A stretch of 64,000 bases of DNA from Rhodosorus marinus CCMP1338 (taxonomy: Eukaryota; Plantae; Rhodophyta), in the NCBI GenBank assembly GCA_029953675.1, contig JAMWBK010000002.1:3416315-3480314 (forward strand). The letters are read 5' to 3'. Of this stretch, positions 1-11,948 are shown in pieces. Position 1 is the first letter of the stretch. Each line of letters begins with the position of its first letter. The position numbers were made by a program, and so were the translations under genes. The notes beneath the pieces were generated by a model. It worked only from the letters and a program-made list of their open reading frames with translations, did not search any database and was not told where the DNA came from.

Positions 1-936
1 TGAACCTTCTCTAACGCGAAGGATTACACTAGGAAGAGAGACTATTCGAGAACTTTATTCGATGGCTAGAGAGTACTCTGAATAATGTGGCAGTAGGATT
101 GTTCGGAACTTCTCTGTCAACTACAGGGCGTGGCGCTGTCAGACCCTTTTTTTCTCAAGCGGTTTTCGTTTGAGGTGATTCATAGGAACACTGGCGCCCC
201 GGCCCTGATTCGACATAGTCAGTGCATTCTAACGGATCCCCCATGAAGAGCTTGGCTCTGCAGCGCCTGATAACAAAGCCTGAGCTCCCTACGCAGCTTC
301 ACCAGCCCCTTGTTCTGTTACAAGAAGACTTCCTCCTTCAACAAGCACGGAACCAAAACAATACCCATGAGAGGAGCAAGCGACAGATCGACCAAGGCGG
401 AATCGGTAGCACTGAACCCCTAGGATAATCCGAAGGGCTTAATCCCTAGACTTAAGCTATCTCTACTCGGAGTTCACAAGACAGAACAGAGCAAACTGTG
501 ATTGTTTAGGTGTGGAGGTTGACGCGCATGGGCGCTGCCTTTCTTGGCGAATGCGGGGGTTCCTGTCTTCCAAGTCAAGAGCTGGGGTTCCGAGTTATCT
601 TCTATGATATCCGTCCAAGCCCGAATGCCACCACGCTTTCTGAGCAGCCAATGTGAGTGATAATCAGCAGCTTGAATACAGAGAAGAGATTGACGGTTTC
701 AAGGTCATGGTTTCTATACTTTCGACAACTCGCCTCTCTATCCCATTCATACTTCAGTTCTCACCTTAAGATCACCGCCTACATTTTCGTGCAAGAATTC
801 TTTCTGAGAGCAGAAGTTAGCTAAATAAGTTTGTTCATGAACTGTGAGACGAGACAATCGAATCCTGTTCTAACTGTCTATATACGCATCAGTTTTCCTC
901 CCGTCAGTGTCTAACCAAACCGGGTCCTTAACCCTG

Positions 937-2516
937 TTAACTCTGTCCGGCAGCCTCCGACGGCGAAGCAAGAACTACAGCAACCTCCTGATAAAACCTT
1001 TGAAAAGGTACGAGGTAGAAGGAGCTAATGGATAGATTTCCGTTGGCGTCAAACCCTTGCTTGGAATTGTAGTGAAAATAGAGGACAGAATCCACCGGAG
1101 GTTGCCCGTCAACCAGCCCATCATCCTCGAGGGCGGATACCAAAAGGTTGATTTCATCTTCGATTCCATCCATTTCTCGCGCACCGTATACCTTGCGCAC
1201 TGCTAGGCGGCGCTTGGGCACTTGTACCAATCGCATGCTCTCCGGCATTTTCGTGGGTCTGGGAAGCCGCCAAAACACTGTCGGATACAGCACGCTCCAG
1301 ATCAGATTTCCATCCTCAGAACGCTTCACACAGCTTGGTCTAGTTGGCCAGTACAATTCTTCCTTCCGCGTCTACGGGATACGGTCCAGAGAGCATATTC
1401 TTAGAAAACTTTCAAACGAAACTCAGCGGATGTATGGGTCGAGCCGTGAGCTCTGAGTCCATAGTTTTAGAAGTGAACCTCCCAGGACAACAAGCTTGCG
1501 GACTCGCAACGCGGGACAAAACAAAAAAAAAACTGGTCCGAGGAGACAACCTACCTCGCCAGTGTAGCAGCTTTCAGGAGGGCGAGGAACGGGAAAGTAA
1601 TCTCCAATATCCAGGATATTCTCCTTTTCAACGTCTACGGTCGCCTCAACAATCTCGTGCGCGCTTTCCTCAACAATATAGTAATCCTGGCTCTCCCTGT
1701 GTTGTTACCAGAAGCGACATGTTGTCTCGTTAGATCGTTATACTTTGCCTAACGTTCAAGGAAGACTTATCCACGATTGTTGCCCCCGGCCTCATCAACT
1801 TACGAAATTTTTCGCCTAAGTCCAGAATTGATCTCCGTATGTGGTGATCCGTAATACCAAAATATGTCTTCCCAACGTGGGATTACTTGAAGTGCTGCTT
1901 CGCGCGGTCTCAGGAACCAGTCGTCTTCGATTTCGATCACTTTCCCGTCACGATTTAACTTGTACGCAGAACTGCCCGCGACGACCACCCTTGGTCGATG
2001 AGGATATGGCATTGATGTACTCGCCACCCAGTCGAAGCTCCGCTTATCTGGATCTGATTTCATGATGCAGAGACTACTATATAAAAACCAGTCTAGTGAA
2101 GACCTCAGCTTCTCTTCTATCTCAGCAGACCCATCAACGATACCAAGCGGACTCTTCCAGCAGCAGTCAGGGGACAATTGCGAGAGCAAATTGGAAGGAT
2201 TCTTGCTCCGCACATATTCCTATAGTTGTGTAGGAGGATTTGCCCGGGAATTAATACCTTCAAATAAGGCAAAAACGTAGCCAAAAGTTGAGGGAAAGCC
2301 TCTCAAACTGACCTCCAGGACGATAGCAAAGTCCTCATCTTTCGAACCTTCTGAACCTTCGGAACCGTCGGAGCCCCGCGCTGGCGCGACTGACACATCA
2401 GATCCAGCCGGAGCCTCAACGAACCGTATGGTGTATCGTCTTCTTCCAGCCGCAGCTCTGTTCCGGGGAAGCCTTCCGTGAGCCGTCGGAAGCGCCCCGC
2501 ATACGACAAAGCCCAT
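937..2516 (-). CDS. Putative plastid-targeted DUF2358 (SnoaL-like) + SOUL heme-binding-like protein, multi-exon
   Basis: ATG at 2516 gives MGFVVCGALP (transit-peptide-like). ORF 1800-2213 has KSPLG...G.S.Y.L...GKVIEIEDDW, which is DUF2358-like. ORF 937-1356 has VQVPKRRLAVRKVYG...LVSALEDDGL...YFHYNS, which is SOUL-like. GT..AG introns join the pieces (e.g. 2312-2220). Exon boundaries are approximate. Confidence 0.55.
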
Positions 2517-3944
2517 GGTTAACACGCTCCAGACCAAGGCTCAACTTCCGAAACACGCGCCCGCTAGAAGTCCCGCCTCTGTACCATGTACTCTCAAAAT
2601 CAAGAATCTCTAAAATACCCGGCAGCAGGGAAAGCTCAATATGACAGAAGTAGATGCGTAATAACAATGATCTAGTCCAGTCTGCCAAACATACACCTCT
2701 CCATTCTAGTTCATCGATAGCGAGGTGTGGTAGCTGAACCCGACGCCAATTTCGTTTTCAGTCAAGAACCGCAGGACCCCGCGCGACGCACAACCAACTG
2801 ATCGTAGATACTATAGGGTTGTACCCCGTAATTGTTCGTTTATGTTCTTAAATTTATTTTAGTTTTAGAAACATCTTAAGAGAAAACTCGATAATTATAC
2901 CGGAAGCAGTTTGAGATACTGGATAATCGTCTTTGTGATACTCTCGTGTTTGACATTGGTTGCAAGTTTGCAAGACACCAGAATGTATGTTAGCGGAGGA
3001 GGGAGGAGATGAGATTTACGGATAAGAGAATTGATTGGTTGTTTTAGGTTTCGTGTGATCATTAGTTCGCAGCAGGAAGCACTCGTTGGATATTACTTGC
3101 AATACGAGAATTATAGGCACACACTTCGATTGGCTAAGAAAAATCATTGGCTGTTGATTTTTCTATACAAGTTGCTTCCAATAGTTTCGAGGAGAGCTGA
3201 AGCAGCGTTGTGGCACCGCGGTAGGATGCACAGATCCCAAAAGCAGGAGGATCAAAGAGCACTACATCTTCAATAATCTCGAAGGAAAGGAGGGTATGAT
3301 GCATATCGTGCGTATTCAGAGATCAATCTGTTTGAGCCTTGCGCGGATGGTCTTCCCCCAGGGCACACTTAGTGCTTCCCCACACAATTCTGGAGGAAGC
3401 GAAGTTTGCACATATGCTAGTAAATCCTAGTTTCGTGTGTTTGCTTCAGCGATCGTCTCAATTGAACACATTCACACTCGTATAGAATTCATCAAGGGCA
3501 ACAGATGTAGTATAAGTCAGATCCCAGAGGCTTATCTGTGGTTTTGCTATTTTGTCGGGATTTGGTCTGATGCAGGCATATTAGGAGGTTCCGTCCATTT
3601 TCACTCGCGTCGAATACGATGCAAACGTTTGTCTCACTTTTCCTCGGCGTGCCGGATGGAGCGTTGAATAAGGGCTGGTCCTATGCAACGCACGAAAATC
3701 GTCTGAACTAACAGAATGAAATATTGTGCGCTGTCACATATAATTTCCGGTGGAAGGGGTAAAAATGGGACCTTCTGGGAGTTCGAGATCGTGTTGCAGG
3801 CTTAGCATATTTAACGAGTGGCTGAGTTTCAACAGCAGGATTTTGTGAGACGTTTATGGAGGGCGTGCGGCTTCCTCTGGCGCGGAAGTCGGCCCCTGAC
3901 TTCGATTAAGGTCGCTTAGTCCTGCGGCCTGGCCTGAAGCGAAA

Positions 3945-5432
3945 ATGAACCGATCACGGCAGAGGGTCTCGTCTAAGCGTTGGGGAGCCGAGGCCCTCTT
4001 GATTAATGCCCTGACGGCTTTATCCTCATATCGACTCTACGCTGGTGCTGGCAAGGAGATGGCATCTATTTTCCTGTTGCTCAACGCCTCGGTTGCATCG
4101 ATTGGCGCTGCCGTTGGGGCGGACTGTCACGGGCTGCGGCCACGAAAGTGTGAGGACCAAGTCGCTCTTGTGCCTGGATCCGCACTAGTACCACTGCTAT
4201 GTAGTACATATGCTGCAGAAAAGGCATGGACAGGATGGGACTTGCGATTTTGGCTCTCCCTGCTGCATGCCTTGTATTTTCTTCTTGTCACTGGGTTCCC
4301 TGTGCTATCCAGGCGTCGCTATTCGATGGGAGCCGTGCTCGGCATTATTGGATACGGAATTTTTGGTTCTCACGCAGTACTTGCGTGTCTGTTGTTTCCG
4401 ATTGTATTCTGGGAGTTCACATACGAGTGGGAACGTAGCTTCACCTTGGGCGAGGCTACAATCACTGCATCTGCGTTATGTCTCTGCCTGACGGAGCTTC
4501 CAGGGGTTGGGATAAATAGTACGCTTTCCAACAGCCATGGGGAGGTTGATGGTGTTATCATTTGCGGTGTTCTTGGCGTAATTGCAGCTATCTTACTCCT
4601 GACGCCGATCGCGCGGAGACCGGGGCAGGAGGACTCGAAGAAGTTGGTAATCTCTATTATCGGGTTCTTCGGAATAGGGGTCTACCCGCTGCTGTGTAGT
4701 TACCTGCGAACGGAGCCATTTGGGTGGATTCTCACGTACTTGGCATCCCACCTCCGAATAGGAATTGTTTCAACATGGCTAACGATACTCATAGTCGTAA
4801 TTCTATGGTTCCCGCCCCAAAAGCTGAACACGAGTTTGATTATTGCGCGGAAGTTTTACCACCTACTCGCGATCGTGATGTTCTTAGCTCCTGCGTTTCT
4901 TGACATGGAGTTGCTGCGCCTTGCGTTCGCCGTTGCGCTAGTTGGGCTCGTGGTCGTAGAAATACTGTGCATTCCAAAGTCTCTGACACTAAGCATGCAG
5001 CTTAGCAAGTACATGGGTTCGCTCACGGATAAGAGGGATAGGGGACTCGTCGTTGTATCGCATATTTATCTTTTGCTGGGCTGTGCCTTTCCTATGTGGC
5101 TCGAGCCTTTGCCCTGCCGCAGTACGAGCTTGTCTGGTCTTGTGTGCCTGGGCGTTTACGATGCCGTAGCGTCTGTGGTAGGGAGTACGCTAGGAAAGAT
5201 CCGAATCTTCTGGACAAGGAAAACCGTGGAGGGGTCGATCGGGGGAGCAGTCACTGCTCTGGGCTTTTCACTATCTGTCAGTGCAGTTCTTTGTCACGAG
5301 GATGCTTCTGAATTTGGGTTGAAAGCTGCCTCAATAACTCTGATGGCTCTCTTCGAGATTTGCACGACACAGAACGATAACTTAGTTTTACCTATTTACT
5401 ATTTTGCTTGTCTTCGTCTGATTTGCCCATGA
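3945..5432 (+). CDS. DOLK: Dolichol kinase (SEC59 family)
   Basis: Multi-TM ORF with ARKFYHLL, SHIYLLLGCAFPMWL, GVYDAVASVVGS, RKTVEGSIGG and TQNDNLVLP motifs. Confidence 0.9.
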   Translation: MNRSRQRVSSKRWGAEALLINALTALSSYRLYAGAGKEMASIFLLLNASVASIGAAVGADCHGLRPRKCEDQVALVPGSALVPLLCSTYAAEKAWTGWDLRFWLSLLHALYFLLVTGFPVLSRRRYSMGAVLGIIGYGIFGSHAVLACLLFPIVFWEFTYEWERSFTLGEATITASALCLCLTELPGVGINSTLSNSHGEVDGVIICGVLGVIAAILLLTPIARRPGQEDSKKLVISIIGFFGIGVYPLLCSYLRTEPFGWILTYLASHLRIGIVSTWLTILIVVILWFPPQKLNTSLIIARKFYHLLAIVMFLAPAFLDMELLRLAFAVALVGLVVVEILCIPKSLTLSMQLSKYMGSLTDKRDRGLVVVSHIYLLLGCAFPMWLEPLPCRSTSLSGLVCLGVYDAVASVVGSTLGKIRIFWTRKTVEGSIGGAVTALGFSLSVSAVLCHEDASEFGLKAASITLMALFEICTTQNDNLVLPIYYFACLRLICP

Positions 5433-5746
5433 CTCAGAACGTTTCTATTTACCCTAAATAATGGTTGGTCGAGGTCCACTGGACAATCCAGCGCGGGTCG
5501 CTGGTGATCATGAACCTTCTTGCGATCTCCGCGCAACCTCCGGGATAATCGTCACCCAGTAACCGGAGTAAACAAGCAGAGAGTCCGAGGCAGTGCTTTC
5601 CTGTTTTAGGTTGCCAGCCAACCCCTACTCCCTTTTTGCTTCCACGCTCGGAGAGGCAAGTTTCAACAGAATCACATTTGTCGCGCGGGCAGTTGTGAAC
5701 TTTACACTGTTAACAGTTATATTAGAACTAGTGGCGAACTGGATGC

Positions 5747-8362
5747 CTAGTCCAGGTCATCATGGGTCGCTGCAGAACCAGCTACGACCTCAGCGCCGTT
5801 AGCGGTTTCGTTTGTCTCATCGAGCTGTCCGTGTCCTCCACCTGCACCTGCACCCTCGCTGTCTTCCCCCTCGCGTTGTTGTCTAAAACTTTTCCTCGGT
5901 GAGTCCCTAACGCTTCTTGCGTCCTTCCTCTTCCTTGAGGAGTTAACTCGGTCTGTTTCGGTCTGGTCGTCCGAGTGTTTCAGCCCTGCTTCTCGGTTTC
6001 CTGGAACCACGAACTTCTTGAAGGATTCTTCTATGGGTTTCTTGACCTTCAGGTAGCAGTCGCGCTGTTGCGCGTTCTCAATGACCTTTCTCCAATGCTC
6101 ATTAGTTCGCAGAGTCCTCGCCGAACCAATGATCCAAAGAGCAAAGCGCGCCCGAGTTAATGCGACGTTCATTCTCCTCTCGTCTGCTAGAAACCCCACA
6201 CCATGATATTTCCTGGCTCGTACGCATGAGAATATGACTATGTCTTTCTCTCTTCCCTGAAACCCGTCGATCGAGTTGATGTCCAGCTGCTTGAACTCAT
6301 CGCGTTCCAGGGATTTCTTGAAGCGGTTCTGGATCTCGGTAACCTGCCCTTTGTACGGAGTGATAATCCCGACCGTCGATGGAGGTACCTGCGGGAATTG
6401 TTTTCTCAGTTGCTCGTACAAAACCAAGGAAAGTTCAGCCTCGTCAGTGTTTCTCCAACTCCTTGTCGTCGACGATTCCGATTCATGAGATCCGTGCATA
6501 TCGTAGAATAAGTATGGACCGAAGCACCGCATAGAATAGTATGGATGTTTCTCCAGAAGCGATTCCCTACTGGCGCACATCAGTTCTTCCGCATTGACAA
6601 GCTTGTTCATATAGAACCTCTCCGCGGGGTATGTGGAAATCGCTGGGTGCATTCGATATTGTGTCCGCAAAAACCAGACTGGGAATCCGCACTCCTGAAG
6701 CCGGTGAAATAAAGATACGTCGTAACCGTGGTCGATAGAGACCCGGGAGAGGACGGTCGCTGGTAGCTGAGCCACGTCACCTACCATGATTAACCTCTGA
6801 CAACCATACTTAACCGGAATTAGCGTGGATAGCTCGATGGCTTGCGCGGCTTCGTCGATAATCACTGTATCAAAATTGATGCCAATGTGGGAAAAGAGTG
6901 GTGTTCCTGCAGAGGACAAAGTGCAAAACACGACTGAAGCTTCCCAGAGAACGCTCTTCCGCGCCTCGTCCCGCGCAACCTGGCCTAGTTGCGGTTCTCT
7001 TTTCCCGTTCCCAGCCTCTCCCAGCCTTTTTTCCACTAGATACGGCAGTGATATTGATTCAAGCCTTGGATGCACATTCGGGCCAACTCGAACTGCTGGT
7101 GGATGTAAGAGCAGCTGTCTCTCTGCGGAACCACCTGGAAGACCAGATTCTAGCATCCTTATCGCAATCTCGTCTATAGCAGCATTCGACGGTGCACAGA
7201 CGAGGACGCGCTTCACTGCGACGCCGCCATCTCTGGCGCCTAAATCAAGGGGCTTCGTTTTCACAGCTGTGGTACTTCCCGGTCTTCTCCATGGACTGGT
7301 AGCTCTCCACACAGGTGTTTTGTCCGCCGTCCTCAGGTCTTCGGCTACAGACTTCGTTCCTTCCTGCAGCAAACTCTGCGGCATCTTCAGACCAAGGCTC
7401 TTTACACCCAAACCTCGAGAAGAAATTGCTTCAAATCTTCCTCGTAGACTTGCAGAGTTCTCCGGATGCGATGAGCCACTAGAGTTCAGCAAGACGGAGA
7501 GGAGGCCAAGGATTGTTTTCGTCTTCCCGGTACCAGGTGGACCTTGGATCAGAGTAATTGTGCCCCGCAGTGCGGCTTCAAGAGCTCGCCATTGAGATTC
7601 ATTATACTCCTTTCTCATTTCCCCTTCCAAATCCTTTGGCACGTGTAACGGGAGTCTATTGTCCGGCGCCGGGTCCGACTTGAGCATTGTGTGCAGGAGG
7701 TTGGAAGGTAAATTTTCGACTGACTGGAGAGCTTGATACTCGCGCTGCGCGGTAACCAGACTACACAGCTTCGTGACGGACCATGAAGAGCCAGGCACTG
7801 CAGCATAGCCAAGTTTTTCGCGCCCATCTTCAGAGGAAGTATACACACCATCGCCGCGATTGGTTCCTCCTCCAGGAACGCGTACAATCCACCGAAGTTT
7901 GCTGTCCTCGTGGACAAGGTCCTTGCTAAGGACCTTGTCCACGATACCGAGCGTATGCAATCTCTGGTCCGGACTCGATGGCCCCTCACCCGAGATCAGC
8001 ACTAGATCGCCCTGCACGACCCATTCTCGGCTTTTAATCGGGATATCATTGGCGAGTTCAAGCGTTAACAGGATCCGCGCGGCCTGCTTGGTAAACTTCG
8101 CGTCAGCAATCCGCATTTGCCTTGTATGTTCCTTGCTGTCAGGTCTGCGATCGATTCCACGTTCCTCTCTGGCACGCAAGATCGTGGCTCGAACTTCTTC
8201 GAAAAGGAGTGGATCCATAATCGAAGCATAATCAGCGACCGAATTGTACCTAAGGGAAACTTTCTGCCCTCGGTAGTGCTCCACGTTGGATCGAATTTCG
8301 TAGTAGTTCCACGTCATGATTTCATCATGAAACCCATCCAACGAAGGCAGCATGGAACCCAT
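5747..8362 (-). CDS. Sen1/senataxin/MAA3-like superfamily 1 helicase (DNA2/NAM7 family)
   Basis: QGPPGTGKT, CAPSNAAIDE, IIDEAAQA, VGDVAQLPAT, QYRMHP, DGFQGREKD and RRMNVALTRAR motifs. Confidence 0.9.
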   Translation of the reverse strand: MGSMLPSLDGFHDEIMTWNYYEIRSNVEHYRGQKVSLRYNSVADYASIMDPLLFEEVRATILRAREERGIDRRPDSKEHTRQMRIADAKFTKQAARILLTLELANDIPIKSREWVVQGDLVLISGEGPSSPDQRLHTLGIVDKVLSKDLVHEDSKLRWIVRVPGGGTNRGDGVYTSSEDGREKLGYAAVPGSSWSVTKLCSLVTAQREYQALQSVENLPSNLLHTMLKSDPAPDNRLPLHVPKDLEGEMRKEYNESQWRALEAALRGTITLIQGPPGTGKTKTILGLLSVLLNSSGSSHPENSASLRGRFEAISSRGLGVKSLGLKMPQSLLQEGTKSVAEDLRTADKTPVWRATSPWRRPGSTTAVKTKPLDLGARDGGVAVKRVLVCAPSNAAIDEIAIRMLESGLPGGSAERQLLLHPPAVRVGPNVHPRLESISLPYLVEKRLGEAGNGKREPQLGQVARDEARKSVLWEASVVFCTLSSAGTPLFSHIGINFDTVIIDEAAQAIELSTLIPVKYGCQRLIMVGDVAQLPATVLSRVSIDHGYDVSLFHRLQECGFPVWFLRTQYRMHPAISTYPAERFYMNKLVNAEELMCASRESLLEKHPYYSMRCFGPYLFYDMHGSHESESSTTRSWRNTDEAELSLVLYEQLRKQFPQVPPSTVGIITPYKGQVTEIQNRFKKSLERDEFKQLDINSIDGFQGREKDIVIFSCVRARKYHGVGFLADERRMNVALTRARFALWIIGSARTLRTNEHWRKVIENAQQRDCYLKVKKPIEESFKKFVVPGNREAGLKHSDDQTETDRVNSSRKRKDARSVRDSPRKSFRQQREGEDSEGAGAGGGHGQLDETNETANGAEVVAGSAATHDDLD

Positions 8363-9497
8363 TGCTCACATCTTGCTCTAAACTCTTCCAAGCAAGGCAT
8401 ACACAGCCAATAGATCTCATCCGCGCATCGACGCCCTTGTAATCACTCTTCATCCACAACCTGACCAATCAACGTCACTTCTAGGCCATTCCGAAACTGA
8501 GCCAAACGGATAACAATGAGGGTTGGCTGCCGTCTTCACCATACAATAACGTATGCGGCAATCTCCAAAGCAAGAGTTGGTTTGCATTTTAGCCATCTCT
8601 CAGTGAAGTGTTGGATAGAGTGCCATTACCGAGTGTCATGGTATCTGGTTGTGCTCGAGAGCTTGCATGCTGTCCATTTCGAAGTGGGACGTTACAGCTC
8701 TGACTTGACTGCCACGAACCTTAGAGCCATGCCCGTTTGTTAAAGGGGGAGCATTCTATAGCACGGCCTATCTCACGTTTTCCACCTGGGCTAGATTTCG
8801 TTCCCACGCAACCTGGACCCTGGCTCTTAGCTATGTTTGATATCTAAAGCAATCACGGCAGCCTATGAAGGCCTCGCACTCACGGGGAAGCATGTCGCGG
8901 GGAAAAGCCAGGCAGGCTTTAGTTCCAAGAAGCCGCAGGTGTTCAGTTCGGTCGCGTGCGTTCACCATTTTTCGTGAGGCCCGGGATGCAACCATCGAGT
9001 GACTCACTCATCCGTCGTTTCACAAGGGACAAACAGAACTAACGGAAGCAACATACAAGCTCAAATAACGGGTATTCTAGTTTTTCACCAGAACTCGAAG
9101 GAGAGTGGTCCGCCTATCAAGAAAAAAGTCCTAAAAGATGAGACTATTATTCACAAGCAAATACTGGATTTCTTGACCGGACTCGAGCCTTTGCTGCAAT
9201 AAGTTCTCAGGGGAGGAATCGGTCTTACTAAGAATCTTATGGCGTTGTAACTTCACAAAGTGAATGCGGAGTTGTCCCGCGAAGGTGGGCGCTGGGGCGC
9301 GTATATTTCACACATGGCAGTACGGTGATAGAGTCGGCTTGCTACAATCTTGGATGTACTGGGTTGGTTAGGCGGAAGCTGAAACGGGTTATATTGGGCT
9401 AGTTTTCTGTGTTTTTTTTTTTTTTTTGGACGGACTTCTGTTTCTTTGTTTTTGTAGGAGGCGGCTTTGAAGTCGGCCATCGTTAGACTGAGGAAAG

Positions 9498-11948
9498 ATG
9501 AGGATTATGATAAAAGGTGGTGTGTGGAAAAATAGCGAGGATGAGATCCTCAAAGCTGCCGTGATGAAGTATGGTAAGAATCAGTGGGCAAGAATTTCTT
9601 CGTTGTTGGTGAGAAAGTCTGCGAAACAGTGCAAGGCCAGATGGTACGAATGGTTGGATCCGAGTATCAAGAAGACGGAATGGACGAGAGAGGAGGAAGA
9701 AAAACTCCTTCACCTGGCAAAGATTATGCCAACTCAATGGCGGACTATTGCACCCATCGTGGGAAGGACAGCTGCACAGTGCCTCGAGCACTACGAAAAA
9801 CTACTGGATCAGGCTCAGAAGGCTGAGGAAGATGGACAGGCGGGCGATGCTGCGGCAGGCGAGCTTACTGGAGCTGATGACCCGAGAAAACTTAGACCCG
9901 GTGAAATCGACCCTCAGCCGGAGTCCAAACCCGCGAGACCGGATCCCATTGACATGGATGAGGACGAAAAGGAGATGCTGTCTGAAGCTCGTGCAAGACT
10001 GGCAAACACTAGAGGTAAAAAGGCTAAACGCAAGGCTCGCGAGAAGCAGCTGGAGGAGGCTAAACGCCTGGCGCATCTTCAAAAGAGGCGCGAACTGTTG
10101 GCGGCTGGAATCAAGGTCCGTACTTTCCGGAAGAGCAGAAAGGACATGGACTATACAAGGGAGATTCCCTTTGAGAAGCGGCCAGCAGCAGGGTTTTTTG
10201 ACACCACCGAGGAAGATTTAAGGGCACAGAAAGAGAGACTGAACGCAAGTCAGGTTGGAAAGCTACTGGAGAAGTACGAGGGCAAGCGTCGAGATGATCA
10301 GGAGGCTCTGGAAAGGAAACGAGACGAAAAGAGAAGAAAGATTTTTGAGGAGAAGAACCTTCCACAAGCAATTGCTACTCAAGAAAAGAAGAACGAGCTA
10401 CCTTTCCTGCGCTCAAAGCTCCAGTTGCCCGCACCCCAAGTTTCAGATGCTGAGTTGGAGGCTGTTACGAAGGGCGGAAATGCGTCACGTGTTGCCGCAA
10501 TAACAGCCTCTGGTGGCAGCTCGGTGACGAAGGGATTGGTGGCAGACTATACCCCCTCGGTAGCGTCCAGAACCCCGATTGCGAGAACGGATACTGCAAC
10601 GCTCTCTTGGGAGCAAGTCAAAAACAGAGAACTCGCAAATCTGAGAGCGTACCATGCATCTTCCTCAGCACTGGCTGGGGGGCAGAATACGCCGGTCGTT
10701 GAGAGCGACTTCTCCGGAATTACTCCCAAGCGCCAAGTCTCGAGCACACCCAATCCGCTGGTCACAAAGACTCCTTCCACAGTTGCGGGAGCTTCACCCT
10801 CCCCGTCGGTTGGCACATCCGCGATGACTCCAAGGAGCATGTCCGCTCGAGATGGGTTCAGCATAAACGCGTCTGCTGAAATGGATGCTGCCGAAAAGGC
10901 TAAATTTTCGCTGCTGAAGAGGGACGTCCTGCGGGGTCTTGATGCTCTGCCGAAACCTGTTAACGAATATAAGGTTGTTGTCGACGAGGGTACTGTAGCC
11001 GCGGACGAAGAGGAGGCGGACGCTGATGACGCTATGGTTGAGGACGCACTCGACACGGAAGAAAAAGCCAGAAGAGCAGCGGCAGAGAAGGTTGCGGATT
11101 TAAGGGAGAGATACCTTTCTACTTCAGCCAAGAAGGAACTCCCGCGCCCTGGAAAGGAGAGCGTTGCTGGATTTCTTGCTAGAACAGACGCGAGACTAGC
11201 GAATTCCTCGAGACCCTTGCAAGCACAAGGCTTGGTAGAGAACGAAGTTCTATCCATGCTGATCAGGGACGATGCGGTGCTAACTGCATTAGAAAAAGGA
11301 TCTTCCGATAGTGATCGAGTACAATTCGCCGCGGGCGTTTTGGCCACAGGCGCCGAAGACGACGTCAACAAAATCAATAGAGCGAAGAAACTTGTGAAGA
11401 AAGACCTCGGTGATCTGGTTAAGACTACAAATGTGGACGCCGCTGTGGTGATTTCTGAGTTGGAAAAGTCAACGTTGGTGAAGCTCGATTCAAACAAGTA
11501 CGAAACTCTCCGAGCGAGGTCGTTCCAGATCCACTGCTGCGATCGGGAGGAAACCCTTCTGACCGAACTCGTTTTCTCTGTTCCCAGGAATGCTGAGGCC
11601 ATTAGTAAGGACCAGCTTGAGGACTTCGTTGAAATTTTGTCTTCTAGGTTGCAGGATACAAAGTCGAGAGTTAAGAGAATGGATCAACACCTCGACAAGA
11701 GGGAGAAAAAAACCGAGACGCTCTATCGTGGATACGTAAAGCGGTGGGAAAAGCTCTCGGGAGAACTCTCGGAGGCTTTTGATGAACTAGGGGAGGTGAG
11801 GGAAAAGCTTCACTGCTTCGAAAAACTTCGCGAAAACGAGGACAAGGCTGCCCCCCAGCGATTAGCCGATGCCAAAGCTCTATTCGCCGGAGAATCAGAA
11901 AGAGAAGCTGAACTTCAGGCTCGTTACAAGGGTCTCGTAGATGCTTGA
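9498..11948 (+). CDS. CDC5L: Pre-mRNA splicing factor CDC5/CEF1 (Myb repeats)
   Basis: MRIMIKGGVWKNSEDEILKAAVMKYGKNQWARISSLL...EARARLANTRGKKAKRKAREKQLEEA. Probable in-frame 69-nt intron at 11519-11587. Confidence 0.97.
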   Translation: MRIMIKGGVWKNSEDEILKAAVMKYGKNQWARISSLLVRKSAKQCKARWYEWLDPSIKKTEWTREEEEKLLHLAKIMPTQWRTIAPIVGRTAAQCLEHYEKLLDQAQKAEEDGQAGDAAAGELTGADDPRKLRPGEIDPQPESKPARPDPIDMDEDEKEMLSEARARLANTRGKKAKRKAREKQLEEAKRLAHLQKRRELLAAGIKVRTFRKSRKDMDYTREIPFEKRPAAGFFDTTEEDLRAQKERLNASQVGKLLEKYEGKRRDDQEALERKRDEKRRKIFEEKNLPQAIATQEKKNELPFLRSKLQLPAPQVSDAELEAVTKGGNASRVAAITASGGSSVTKGLVADYTPSVASRTPIARTDTATLSWEQVKNRELANLRAYHASSSALAGGQNTPVVESDFSGITPKRQVSSTPNPLVTKTPSTVAGASPSPSVGTSAMTPRSMSARDGFSINASAEMDAAEKAKFSLLKRDVLRGLDALPKPVNEYKVVVDEGTVAADEEEADADDAMVEDALDTEEKARRAAAEKVADLRERYLSTSAKKELPRPGKESVAGFLARTDARLANSSRPLQAQGLVENEVLSMLIRDDAVLTALEKGSSDSDRVQFAAGVLATGAEDDVNKINRAKKLVKKDLGDLVKTTNVDAAVVISELEKSTLVKLDSNKYETLRARSFQIHCCDREETLLTELVFSVPRNAEAISKDQLEDFVEILSSRLQDTKSRVKRMDQHLDKREKKTETLYRGYVKRWEKLSGELSEAFDELGEVREKLHCFEKLRENEDKAAPQRLADAKALFAGESEREAELQARYKGLVDA

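Noticed and set aside
8779-8820. Short similarity (gcgtgggaac...atctag) to 41095-41113
   Set aside because: Too short (about 19 nt, 3 mismatches) to distinguish from chance without a genome-wide search.
6825-11602. Long antisense ORFs (6825-7595, 10547-11602 and similar)
   Set aside because: They lie opposite well-supported genes and have no motifs of their own.
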